Shown here piece after piece: positions 40,501-49,449 of a stretch of DNA of 64,000 nucleotides. The stretch's first letter is position 1. Each line of letters opens with the position of its first letter. The notes under the pieces are model-generated. The model saw only the letters and a program-made list of their open reading frames with translations, ran no database searches and was not told where the DNA came from. Source of the stretch: Candidatus Terrybacteria bacterium RIFCSPHIGHO2_01_FULL_48_17 (GTDB lineage Bacteria > Patescibacteriota > Minisyncoccia > Terrybacterales > 2-01-FULL-58-14); NCBI GenBank assembly GCA_001822835.1, contig MHSS01000013.1, positions 10,321 through 74,320 on the forward strand, written 5' to 3'. Both the position numbers and the translations under genes were made by a program.

Positions 40501-40607
40501 GGGAGACGAAAGGAGGGTTCGCATAGTGGCCTAGTGCGGTTGCTTGTTCCCGATTTGTCCAAAGAGCCTACAGGCGATTGGTAACAAATCGCAATCCCGT
40601 GGAACGG

Positions 40608-40694
40608 CGGTGGGGTGCCAGAGTGGCCGAATGGGTCTGCTTGGAGAGCAGATATACGGGAAACCGTATCGCGAGTTCGAATCTCGCCCCCACC
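40608..40694 (+). tRNA. tRNA-Ser (anticodon GGA), class II
   Basis: GGTGGGG/CCCCACC acceptor, D-loop GTGGCCGAATGG, anticodon stem-loop TCTGC-TTGGAGA-GCAGA, long variable arm TATACGGGAAACCGTATC, T-arm GCGAGTTCGAATCTCGC, discriminator G. Confidence 0.88.
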
Positions 40695-40845
40695 GCCGTG
40701 CTTCGGGAGAGAGCAACTATAGGGAGAAGATAAGTTCGCCCGCCTTCGCTAAAGCTTCGGCGGGTAAAAATCTCGCCCCCTCCGTATGATCGAGCGCTCT
40801 TGTTGGCAGTACGCTTCGTACGAGTGATCTTAAACAAATCTATCT

Positions 40846-41253
40846 ATGCCAAAATCTGATCAAGAACTGAAACAGTATTATCAGGCATTTTTAGATAATA
40901 ATGGACTTATTCATGTGGTATTTGCAGTCCCTGCGAAGGATTCGCAAGATAACATGCGCAAGGCCGAACTGATCGAGCACGATATTCTTGCCTTGTACAA
41001 AACGCATCCGGGAAAACGATTTCGAATGCTCGTTGACCTAGTACCATTGGGAGAAAACCACTTTATTCCTGAAGGAGCCCGCGAAGTATATTTCCGTATC
41101 GCTTCCAACCCGCAGCTTGAGAAAATGGCAGTGGTTGGTCTTAACCCGCATCTTAAGGGAACCATTCAGTTTTTGGCTCAGGTGAGCAGCGGAGAGGGTC
41201 GTATCCAGTGGTTTGAAGATGAGGTAAAGGCCCTGGAATGGCTTATGGCATAA
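40846..41253 (+). CDS. Hypothetical protein (possible STAS-like fold)
   Basis: 135 aa. No catalytic motif. The STAS call comes only from the hydrophobic periodicity. Confidence 0.45.
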   Translation: MPKSDQELKQYYQAFLDNNGLIHVVFAVPAKDSQDNMRKAELIEHDILALYKTHPGKRFRMLVDLVPLGENHFIPEGAREVYFRIASNPQLEKMAVVGLNPHLKGTIQFLAQVSSGEGRIQWFEDEVKALEWLMA

Positions 41254-41463
41254 TGGCTTGCAGTACAGTCCAATCCGTTCCATACTAAAGAGAAGATGGT
41301 TGGGAAAGTAAGGCGTTGGTATCAATCGCTTCCGCCGCGCAAACAACGTGCTGTGCGGCTTTTTCTCCTTGGATTTATCCTCCTTGTGATAAGTATGTTG
41401 GGTTTGTGGGGTTCGCTGCCATATTATCAGTCGATAAATCCATAGGCCCGTTTTTAATTTTTT

Positions 41464-43224
41464 ATGCTCACGCCTGTTGAAGAAATTAAAGCGCGGCTCG
41501 ATATTGCTGATGTCGTGCAGGGTTATATAAAACTGCAGAGAGCCGGGGCAAATTTTAAAGCCACATGCCCCTTTCACGCCGAAAAAACACCATCCTTTTT
41601 TGTCTCACCGGAGCGGCAAACCTGGCATTGTTTTGGGTGTAATATCGGTGGCGATATGTTCAGCTTCGTCGAGCGTATCGAGGGAGTTGAATTTAAAGAT
41701 GCGCTGCGGCTGTTAGCACGGCGTGCGGGCGTAACACTTACCCCTCCGACGCCTGAAGCAAAAAAATCATCTGAAGCAAAAACGCGTATTGCCGAGGCCA
41801 ATGAACTTTCCTGCCAGTTTTTTGAAACGCAGCTTGCGCGCTCACGTCAAGGGAATGCGGCAAAGGTCTATCTTAAATCGCGCGGCGTGAACGAAGAAAC
41901 TATCCGAACCTTTCGTATCGGGTTTGCCCCTTATACGCCAGATGGGCTGACCAGTTTTCTTCGCACGAGAGGATATTTGGAGAATGAAATGGTAAGTGCC
42001 GGCCTCGCGATAGCCGATAAGGGTTACGGGATAAAAGATAGGTTCCGCGGCCGGATTATGTTTCCGATTTCGGATCGTGCAGGGCGCGTGCTTGGTTTTT
42101 CCGGTCGCATTTTCGGGCGTCAGGAGCAGGAATACGATCCTAAATACTTAAATACTTCTCAAACTCCGCTTTTTGATAAAAGCCGGGTGCTTTTTGGGTT
42201 GGCTCAGGCAACGCCGCATATCCGTCCCAAAAATACCGTGATTTTAGTGGAAGGACAGATGGATTGTGTTTTATCCCATCAAGTAGGCGTGGCCAATACT
42301 GTTGCGACATCCGGCACGGCGCTTACCTCTTTTCAGTTGCGTTTATTGAAGCGCCTGGCAGATACTCTGGTGATGGCATTTGATGCCGATAGCGCCGGCG
42401 AGGCAGCTGCGCGCCGCGGGGTGGACTTGGCGTTGCAAGAAGGTTTTATGGTTAAAGCAGTCGCTATTGATGCCGGTAAAGACCCTGCAGATTTTATCCG
42501 TCAGGATCCCGATTTGTGGAAAAAGCGGGTCGAAGAACCCATGCCTGTAATTTTATTTTTTCTGGATCGTCTTATTTCCCATAACGATGTTTCAACGGCC
42601 GAAGGCAAGCGTCTGGTGGGAAAAGAAATTTTGCCTCTGGTTGCGCAAATAAGTAACGCCATTGAGCGAGGCCATTTGGTTTCAGAGATTGCGCGACGAC
42701 TTCATGTGCGGGAGGAAACTATATGGGAAGAATTGTCGCGGCTTGTAAAAGAAAAAAAACATACGGCACCATCTCGTGTTACACCAGAAAATGCTCCCAT
42801 AATCTCTTCAAGGCGCGAGAAGCTTGAGGTGCGGCTGTTGGCAACGCTTTTATTGGTGCCGCAAGCACCCGAAGAAGTGAATTCTTTTGAGTTTTCGCAT
42901 GGGGCGCTTCAGGAACTCGCGGCAGCTCTTCAGCAAAATCGCGGCAATGTTCCCGAACATTTAGGCCTTGTGTTTGAACCCGTTTTGTTTCTTGCAGAGG
43001 AGTTAAAATCCGGAGAGATTGATGCCGCACAAGAGCTTCTGACCTGTCTGCGGGAACTTAATGCCCTTGTGGTGCGCGAACGTTTAGAAACACTGACAAC
43101 TGAATTGGAAGATGCGGAGCATGCCGGGGATATTGCGCGCATTGAAAAACTTGGCTTGGAAGTGCAGGAGCACTCCCGGAAATTGGGAAATATTTTGGGC
43201 AAGAATCTTAAATCGGTTGCTTAG
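41464..43224 (+). CDS. dnaG: DNA primase
   Basis: [35 protein letters not shown] (CHC2 zinc-binding domain). TOPRIM segment [14 protein letters not shown]...AFDADSAG. Confidence 0.9.
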   Translation: MLTPVEEIKARLDIADVVQGYIKLQRAGANFKATCPFHAEKTPSFFVSPERQTWHCFGCNIGGDMFSFVERIEGVEFKDALRLLARRAGVTLTPPTPEAKKSSEAKTRIAEANELSCQFFETQLARSRQGNAAKVYLKSRGVNEETIRTFRIGFAPYTPDGLTSFLRTRGYLENEMVSAGLAIADKGYGIKDRFRGRIMFPISDRAGRVLGFSGRIFGRQEQEYDPKYLNTSQTPLFDKSRVLFGLAQATPHIRPKNTVILVEGQMDCVLSHQVGVANTVATSGTALTSFQLRLLKRLADTLVMAFDADSAGEAAARRGVDLALQEGFMVKAVAIDAGKDPADFIRQDPDLWKKRVEEPMPVILFFLDRLISHNDVSTAEGKRLVGKEILPLVAQISNAIERGHLVSEIARRLHVREETIWEELSRLVKEKKHTAPSRVTPENAPIISSRREKLEVRLLATLLLVPQAPEEVNSFEFSHGALQELAAALQQNRGNVPEHLGLVFEPVLFLAEELKSGEIDAAQELLTCLRELNALVVRERLETLTTELEDAEHAGDIARIEKLGLEVQEHSRKLGNILGKNLKSVA

Positions 43225-43238
43225 TTTTTATACACATT

Positions 43239-44477
43239 ATGCGAAAGACCATAAAGTCCAAAAGGGGCCGCGCAAAGGCAAAACAAATACGAAAAACGCG
43301 TCTCGCAAAGAGGGGCAAAAAGAAAAGCGCGTCCATTAAAAAACCCAGGCGCAAACGTACAGTAAACGTCGGCATTACTCCCGAGGTGGTTTCTGAATTG
43401 ATTCGTCGCGGCAGGCAACGAGGATTCGTTACTTTCAACGAAATCGCAACACTGATCCCTCATATCGAGCAGGACATTGAGGGGCTTGAACGCTTATATC
43501 ACGATCTGGCACAGGAGAATCTTGAAATCGTTGAGCCAAAAGGATATTTGGAGGTGGATAAAGACAAGGAAGAGGAAGAAGAACCAAAAGACCTTAAACG
43601 TGTTTTGTCGCGCCGGCCAAAACACATCCCGACGCCGGGTGACTACGATTCGGTTCAGCTGTATTTGCGTGAAATAGGCCGCGAACGATTTTTAACGGCA
43701 GATGAGGAAAAGGATCTTTCCCGTCGCATTGAAAAAGGGGATCGCGAGGCATGGCGGAAATTGGTTGTGGCAAACCTACGGCTGGTTGTATCCATTGCAA
43801 AACGATATGTGGGGCGCTCACCCAATCTCACATTGCTTGATCTTGTGCAAGAAGGAAATTTGGGGCTTTTCCGCGCGGTCGATAAATTTGACTTTCGTCG
43901 CGGTTATAAATTTTCAACCTACGCTACTTGGTGGATCAGGCAAGCAATAACGAGGGCACTGGCTGATCAGGCACGTACCATTCGTATCCCGGTGCATATG
44001 GTAGAAACGATTTCCAAATATACACAGGTGAAACGACGGCTTTTACAAGACCTCGGCCGCGAACCCCTTGCAGAAGAGATTGCATCGGAACTTAATATAC
44101 AAGTTGATAAAGTGCATCATATTCAGCGAATCTCCCAAGATACGGTCTCGTTGGAAACGCCGGTTGGGGACGACGAGGAAGATTCGTTGTTGGGAGAATT
44201 TGTCGAAGACGAAAAACAATTAAATCCTCATGAAATAACAACGCGCGAGATCGTTCGAGATGAAATAAAAGCTATTCTCGGGGATTTGACACCGCGAGAA
44301 CAAAAGATTTTAAAAATGCGGTTTGGGCTTGATGAATACCAAGGGCAAACCCATACACTTGAGGAAGTGGGGGCAGAGTTTGGCGTAACGCGCGAGCGCA
44401 TCCGCCAAATTGAAGCGAAAGCGCTTGAAAAGATCAGGCAACATCACGCGGCGCGCAAGCTTGCAAGTACTTCGTAG
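43239..44477 (+). CDS. rpoD: RNA polymerase sigma factor RpoD (sigma-70) with basic N-terminal extension
   Basis: Region 2.4 [17 protein letters not shown]; region 4.2 [24 protein letters not shown]. In a dnaG-rpoD operon. Confidence 0.93.
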   Translation: MRKTIKSKRGRAKAKQIRKTRLAKRGKKKSASIKKPRRKRTVNVGITPEVVSELIRRGRQRGFVTFNEIATLIPHIEQDIEGLERLYHDLAQENLEIVEPKGYLEVDKDKEEEEEPKDLKRVLSRRPKHIPTPGDYDSVQLYLREIGRERFLTADEEKDLSRRIEKGDREAWRKLVVANLRLVVSIAKRYVGRSPNLTLLDLVQEGNLGLFRAVDKFDFRRGYKFSTYATWWIRQAITRALADQARTIRIPVHMVETISKYTQVKRRLLQDLGREPLAEEIASELNIQVDKVHHIQRISQDTVSLETPVGDDEEDSLLGEFVEDEKQLNPHEITTREIVRDEIKAILGDLTPREQKILKMRFGLDEYQGQTHTLEEVGAEFGVTRERIRQIEAKALEKIRQHHAARKLASTS

Positions 44478-44499
44478 GTGAGCGTGCTACCATAAAATT

Positions 44500-44841
44500 A
44501 TGGGACGAGGTCCTGAAAGAATTCCCACACGATTTTTTAAAGAACAGGTGGCGGAGAGAATAGGCCGCGGCCCCGGTCGCCTTCCCTTGAATAGGGCTGA
44601 ACGAAAACGGATGCTTGGCACGTCGGTGAGTCCCAAACGTGCTTTAATTAGCGAGCGTCGATATGGTAGAGAAATGAGCCGGCGCGATTTTAAGAAATTT
44701 TTTGATCTCACACAACGTCCTTTGCCAGGAAGAGAAAAACCCCGTATTCGAGAACGAGTCGCGGATCGCCTCCAGCGTTATTTACGGCGCGGAAAATTTA
44801 AATCGCGCCCGCCGAAGGGATGGACGCCTTCAAAGATCTAG
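44500..44841 (+). CDS. Hypothetical highly basic protein (Arg/Lys-rich)
   Basis: 113-aa ORF. Overlaps the ORF-track model at 44702, so coding status is uncertain. Confidence 0.3.
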   Translation: MGRGPERIPTRFFKEQVAERIGRGPGRLPLNRAERKRMLGTSVSPKRALISERRYGREMSRRDFKKFFDLTQRPLPGREKPRIRERVADRLQRYLRRGKFKSRPPKGWTPSKI

Positions 44842-44866
44842 GATAGTATTGGTGTGTTCGCTATCT

Positions 44867-45178
44867 ATGCTTAATCTTTCACGCGATCAGGTCCGAAAAA
44901 TTCTGGAATACCTTGAAGCAGAAACCAATATTACACAGAAACAACTGTGGCGCGTACTTGAGAAGCACGGCGGTATTTTGCGCGATGGCGTTGATACAGC
45001 CGAGGAACGGAAGTTCGGACATCAAATACGTCCGCAAGAACGCGGTGACTTCTTTGACGAAATTGCAAAAGAAATGCATTTGACCCACGAGCAGCAACGA
45101 AAACTAAGGTATGCTATAAGTCCGCAGCATATTCGAGAGACGCTGCGCAGGATTGAAAAAGAAGCAAAGAATAACTAA
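44867..45178 (+). CDS. Hypothetical protein
   Basis: Start at ATG 44867 (MLNLSRDQVRKILEYLE). The upstream extension to 44702 would overlap the previous ORF. Confidence 0.4.
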   Translation: MLNLSRDQVRKILEYLEAETNITQKQLWRVLEKHGGILRDGVDTAEERKFGHQIRPQERGDFFDEIAKEMHLTHEQQRKLRYAISPQHIRETLRRIEKEAKNN

Positions 45179-45206
45179 TCTTGGCGCCATCTGAAACGGT
45201 TCATAT

Positions 45207-45524
45207 ATGGTAGATAAAAGAAGATATCGTGACCGTGCTGAATATAACAAACAGGCAGTTGCTAAACGAAGACGGAAATTGAAATTGCTTGCGATTGAAT
45301 ATCTCGGCGGAAAGTGTTTGGCATGTGGCTATACGCGATGCGCCGCTGCATTTGATATTCATCATCGCAATCCGCAAAAAAAAGAATTTGGTCTTTCGAC
45401 GAAAGGATTGACACGCAGTTGGGCACGTATTAAAAATGAGTTAGAGAAATGCATTTTGCTCTGCGCGAATTGTCATCGTGAGATACATGTAGGATTTCGT
45501 AATCTTCCCAAACATTTACATTAA
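45207..45524 (+). CDS. HNH endonuclease (YajD-like), ends 10 nt before the intron-containing tRNA-Asn
   Basis: CLACGY...FDIHHRNP...LLCANCHREIH: an HNH beta-beta-alpha metal finger flanked by two Cys pairs. Confidence 0.7.
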   Translation: MVDKRRYRDRAEYNKQAVAKRRRKLKLLAIEYLGGKCLACGYTRCAAAFDIHHRNPQKKEFGLSTKGLTRSWARIKNELEKCILLCANCHREIHVGFRNLPKHLH

Positions 45525-45534
45525 CAATTTGTAT

Positions 45535-45848
45535 TCCGGGGTAGCTCAATGGTAGAGCAGCTCCCTGTCTTAAGGCAGCTTTTGGGGGAAACCCCAAATG
45601 AAAAATTTCGGGATAACGGTGAACCCTTCGATCGGCATAGGACAAGCGTACCTAACGGTAAAGGCAACACCGTGGGAACCCCCGCCACCCCTTTTTATTT
45701 TATGGAAGGCGGGGGGCGCCGTAGAGACTAGATACCGAAACGCCTACCGTCGATTTTTTCGATCATGGCGATGATATAGTCCACCCTCGCAAGAAACTGC
45801 GAGATTCGTGTAAGGAGTTGGTTGTCGGTTCGAATCCGACCCCCGGAG
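45535..45848 (+). tRNA. tRNA-Asn (anticodon GUU) interrupted by a 242-nt group I intron in the anticodon loop
   Basis: 5' exon TCCGGGGTAGCTCAATGGTAGAGCAGCTCCCTGT; 3' exon TAAGGAGTTGGTTGTCGGTTCGAATCCGACCCCCGGAG. The acceptor TCCGGGG pairs with CCCCGGA. Spliced loop is CTGTTAA, U1 and discriminator G73 as in tRNA-Asn. Confidence 0.8.
45569..45810 (+). ncRNA. Group I self-splicing intron (no internal ORF)
   Basis: The 5' exon ends in U paired to G of the internal guide GCAG (45574-45577). The intron ends in G. Conserved-core elements are present: R-like CGTAGAGACTAGATACCG and S-like GATGATATAGTCCACC. Confidence 0.75.
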
Positions 45849-45851
45849 CAG
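45835..45851 (+). repeat. 17-bp direct repeat, copy 1 (3' end of tRNA-Asn): TCCGACCCCCGGAGCAG
   Basis: Identical 17-mer recurs at 46876-46892. Confidence 0.6.
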
Positions 45852-46130
45852 ATCTCGTGATTTAGGGTCAGAAACCATAAATCGTGAGAATGGAGACGTT
45901 TTGCGCGCCGCGGCAGAGACGCCGTAGCAAGCCATCGTTCGTGAGAGGACCTATTCCCTTTGGCGTAACCTTGATGCGCGGACCCTCCACCACGACGGCC
46001 TAGCGTATTGATTCTCTGGCGCCGTCATGTCCCTGTGTATAATCTTCGCGCTTGCCAGCTTCGCTTGCTCGTGCTACGAAGGAGATACAAACGCCTCACC
46101 CAGCCGAAAGGTCCGGTGAGGTCTTGTTAT

Positions 46131-46745
46131 ATGCAAACCGTCCTCTTTATCGACGGGAGAAATTTCCTCGGCAAGCTCAAGCAGGTATTTAAGGCAGCAC
46201 ACCGGCCGATGCCCTCATGGGCCACGTTTGACTTCCGCGGTCTGGTCGATCACGTCCTTAAAGGCGTTGCGGTAGACGAGCGGAGGATCTATTTCGCGCG
46301 CCTTGTCTTTCATCCCCAGACCGCCGATAAATCCCGCGCGCTTATCGAGGAGCGCAGACACCTAAAACGCCACCTTGAATCGACCGGATTTACATATATC
46401 GTGAGCGGGCATGTGCGCGCCAATGTCGTGAAGGACGCGTACGGGCATGAGGCCCTCGCGTTTAAGGAAAAGGGTGTCGATACCAAGATTGTCACGGATC
46501 TCGTGGTGGCTGCGTGCGATCGCAAGGTGAAAACCGCCATCATCGCAAGCTCCGATTCCGATTTGCAGCCCGCGGTCAAGGAGCTTAAGTTGCGCCGTAT
46601 AGAGCAGATCTACCTTGGCTTTGAGATCGAACCCAACAAAGGGCTCACCTACACGACCGACCGCACCATCCTCATCCGGAACGCAGAAGTACTACAATTT
46701 ATGGGCACGTCTACGTTGCCCTTCGAATCCAAAGAAGCTGCCTAG
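46131..46745 (+). CDS. NYN-domain (LabA/PIN-like) ribonuclease family protein
   Basis: LFIDGRNF (DG-N motif), VSGHV, ASSDSD acidic motif typical of NYN/LabA. Start at ATG 46131. Confidence 0.7.
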   Translation: MQTVLFIDGRNFLGKLKQVFKAAHRPMPSWATFDFRGLVDHVLKGVAVDERRIYFARLVFHPQTADKSRALIEERRHLKRHLESTGFTYIVSGHVRANVVKDAYGHEALAFKEKGVDTKIVTDLVVAACDRKVKTAIIASSDSDLQPAVKELKLRRIEQIYLGFEIEPNKGLTYTTDRTILIRNAEVLQFMGTSTLPFESKEAA

Positions 46746-46875
46746 CGGCGACAACGAAACGGACACGGTGAACACCGTGAACAGTAGTGAACACTTCTAC
46801 CAGGTATGGACCAAGGCGAAGGGGTTTGTGACGAGCATCTGACAAGAGGTTCCCTGGCCGGGCAGGCTAACTTCG

Positions 46876-46892
46876 TCCGACCCCCGGAGCAG
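46876..46892 (+). repeat. 17-bp direct repeat, copy 2: TCCGACCCCCGGAGCAG
   Basis: Exact match to the tRNA-Asn 3' end. Confidence 0.6.
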
Positions 46893-47051
46893 TATCGGGC
46901 ATCGAGCATATGAATACTCGATGCGTCCTTTTTATAGGGTACCGACCAATTCTTGGATTCGATCATTTTTTCAAACGGGTATCTCCGTAATCCTAAATCG
47001 AGCGCCAATACGATGAGCGCTCGATTTGGCTCGATACGGTACAATACTTCT

Positions 47052-47672
47052 ATGAGATATTTTCGATCCTCGACTCTGCTTGCGATCGTAGCGTTTATCG
47101 CGGCAAATGCCATGCCGTTTGTCTTTGGCGAAAACCTTAATCTTTTCTCGCTCCTCTTGTTCTACTGGCTTGAGACGGCAGTCATCGGCTGTTATAACAT
47201 CATGAAGCTTGCAATCATTAAGGAGTCCTATGCCGCTAAGGCGGTAAGGAATTTTGCGGCGTCGTGGATCATCGCACTAGGCCTTTATTTTATCTTCCTG
47301 ATGGTATTTACGCAGCTCATTCCTGGTCTTGAGCGCGAATTTCCCACATTGAAAGTAACACTATTGATATTTTTCTCGTATGCGGGGAGCCACGGCGTTT
47401 CGTTTTGGCAAAATTTCATAGGCAAACGCGAATATAAGTCCACAACGGCGAAGGAACAAATCAAGGCACCCGCCGGACGGCTCCTTGTGCTCCACTTTGC
47501 AATTGTCATTGGAGCGCTGGTCTTTGGCGGTCGTCTCTCCTCTACAATTGCCCTGCGACTATTCATCACCTTAAAAACACTTATTGACCTTGACGCGCAC
47601 TTTAAAGAACATGCCGTAGCGGCAAAACGATCACAACGCGATTTCAATGCGCCGCGAAGCGATAAGGGGTAG
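47052..47672 (+). CDS. Hypothetical polytopic membrane protein
   Basis: Five or six TM helices. Start set at the internal ATG 47052 (MRYFRSSTLLAIVAF). Confidence 0.45.
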   Translation: MRYFRSSTLLAIVAFIAANAMPFVFGENLNLFSLLLFYWLETAVIGCYNIMKLAIIKESYAAKAVRNFAASWIIALGLYFIFLMVFTQLIPGLEREFPTLKVTLLIFFSYAGSHGVSFWQNFIGKREYKSTTAKEQIKAPAGRLLVLHFAIVIGALVFGGRLSSTIALRLFITLKTLIDLDAHFKEHAVAAKRSQRDFNAPRSDKG

Positions 47673-47699
47673 GAGATCTCATATGGTATAATAAAAATA

Positions 47700-48860
47700 A
47701 TGGGCGCAAACCGCGGCTTCACGCTCCTGGAGCTCATTATCGTTATCGCAATCCTTGCGATTTTGGCGGTGATTATTACATTAGCATTGAACCCCGCGGA
47801 ATTACTGGCTCGATCTAGAGATGCGCAGCGGCTTTCTGATTCGCGAACCCTCTCCACGGCGCTTCAGCTTTATACGGCAGAGGGCTCCAATCCCGATTTA
47901 GACGGCTCCATTTTAAACAATTGCGAGAACGGGGTAAGCCCTAACGCTTCTATTTTTATAAGTGGTGACGGACAAGCAGGGAATGATATTACAGACACCA
48001 CCTTTTCGGGGAGGGGCACTCCTGACGTCTTGGTGGCAAATCAGGATAATATGAGCATAAATGGATCGGGATGGATTCCAGTCGATTTCGCGACCGCACA
48101 TAGCGGTCTTGCTAATCTTCCTCTCGATCCTCGGTTTTCCGTGGCGAATCTAGCAGATGTAACCGAAGATGATTTTTTATATCTCTATGGTTGCGGGGAA
48201 AACCCTTTGGTATTTGAACTGAATACAAACATGGAATCCGATAAATTCTCCAATGGCGGCTCCGAAGATAAGGAATCCAAGGACGGCGGCAACACATCTA
48301 ATCTTTATGAAATAGGTACTGACTTATCTGTTATTGGGGGAGGCGGGGGCGCGGTGAGTTATAAAGTATTCATAACCTCCCAACAATATTATGGGAATGC
48401 TATGGGAGGGATAAGCGGGGCAGATTCTAAATGTCAAGCACGCGCCAACGCGGTAGGCCTTGGTGGAGTTACATGGAAAGCGTGGATTGTCGCAGATGGT
48501 TCGAGTCCGTCTAGTGCTTTTGTACACTTTGCCACGCCGATCTATCGGATCGATGGAGCACAAGTAGTAGATAACTGGGCAGATCTTATAGATGGAACAA
48601 TTGTTAACCCTATTAATGTTACGGAAAACGGGTCTTCGATCGGCAATGTGCAGGTTTGGACTGGTGATGACGGAAATACTATTGGGGAAGTTCCAGATAC
48701 AGTCAGGTCTTGTGCAACCAATTGGGATAATGCCACCGGCGCCTCAACGGGCTGGTACGGCCTTTCCGGATCTACCAATAGCCAATGGGTAGGAGGGAAT
48801 TTCGGAAATTGTAGTAGTTGGAATTTTCGGCTTTACTGTTTTTCGCAATCACCCTATTGA
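47700..48860 (+). CDS. Type IV pilin-like protein (prepilin-type N-terminal cleavage/methylation domain), 386 aa
   Basis: MGANRG|FTLLELIIVIAILAILA is the class III signal peptide with G-1, F+1, E+5. Large Gly/Ser/Asn-rich C-terminal domain. Confidence 0.75.
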   Translation: MGANRGFTLLELIIVIAILAILAVIITLALNPAELLARSRDAQRLSDSRTLSTALQLYTAEGSNPDLDGSILNNCENGVSPNASIFISGDGQAGNDITDTTFSGRGTPDVLVANQDNMSINGSGWIPVDFATAHSGLANLPLDPRFSVANLADVTEDDFLYLYGCGENPLVFELNTNMESDKFSNGGSEDKESKDGGNTSNLYEIGTDLSVIGGGGGAVSYKVFITSQQYYGNAMGGISGADSKCQARANAVGLGGVTWKAWIVADGSSPSSAFVHFATPIYRIDGAQVVDNWADLIDGTIVNPINVTENGSSIGNVQVWTGDDGNTIGEVPDTVRSCATNWDNATGASTGWYGLSGSTNSQWVGGNFGNCSSWNFRLYCFSQSPY

Positions 48861-48910
48861 GATTTCTCATTTTTCAATAACTTCGGATGGCTATGGTCGA
48901 ATAGATAATA

Positions 48911-48943
48911 TAAAAATCCCCGCAAGAACTTGCGGGGATTTAT
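48911..48943. terminator. Bidirectional Rho-independent terminator
   Basis: aaaaATCCCCGCaagaactGCGGGGATttat. Confidence 0.6.
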
Positions 48944-48950
48944 GCGCCTC

Positions 48951-49349
48951 TTATTCTTTAAGCAATAGATCGGCATCCGAAAACTTCGGATATTCCCATA
49001 TTTTTGTTCCCTGAAAGACAATCACTTGGTCGCCTAGCGCATAGGAATGGAGTAACGTCCATCCGTCGATAAAGCATTGTTTGCAAAGAGCGACTTTAAT
49101 TATTCCAAGAAATTTGTCCCATTGTTCCCGACCCGTCCCTAACTTTCCTTCAAACCGCGGAACAGACCAAATGCCGTAATACAATGTAGATGTCTTGCAG
49201 CGGATGCACGATGCGACATTTCTGTTTTTCCAACAGAAAGAACAAGTATCATCAGGAATGTCATAAAATTTCGTTCCGGGACGGCAGCGCGCCGCACACT
49301 CGTCGCAAATGGGGTCAACATTTCCCATGCCGGTATAAATTGCCCTCAT
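48951..49349 (-). CDS. Cys-rich hypothetical protein (multiple CxxC pairs; probable zinc-binding)
   Basis: CDECAARC...CSFC...CIRC...CKQC. 132 aa. Confidence 0.45.
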   Translation of the reverse strand: MRAIYTGMGNVDPICDECAARCRPGTKFYDIPDDTCSFCWKNRNVASCIRCKTSTLYYGIWSVPRFEGKLGTGREQWDKFLGIIKVALCKQCFIDGWTLLHSYALGDQVIVFQGTKIWEYPKFSDADLLLKE

Positions 49350-49449
49350 TAAAGGCCTCCTCTTTATTTATGATAATGAACGAGTTTACCCTAGCATTAT
49401 TTTTGTGTATGATCAACAAAAACGAAAACCCTTGCCGAAGCAAGGGTTA

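Larger units (their letters stand above)
45849..46892 (+). mobile_element. Putative tRNA-Asn-integrated islet (about 1 kb) bounded by a direct repeat of the tRNA 3' end; carries a NYN-domain gene and no integrase
   Basis: attL/attR-like 17-bp direct repeats (45835-45851 and 46876-46892). GC-rich spacer. Palindrome CATCGAGCATATGAATACTCGATG just outside the right repeat. Confidence 0.4.

Noticed and set aside
45549-45731. 60-aa ORF inside the group I intron (possible homing endonuclease)
   Set aside because: Too short for LAGLIDADG, GIY-YIG or HNH enzymes. No catalytic motif. Begins with a non-ATG start in the ORF track. The intron is better read as ORF-less.
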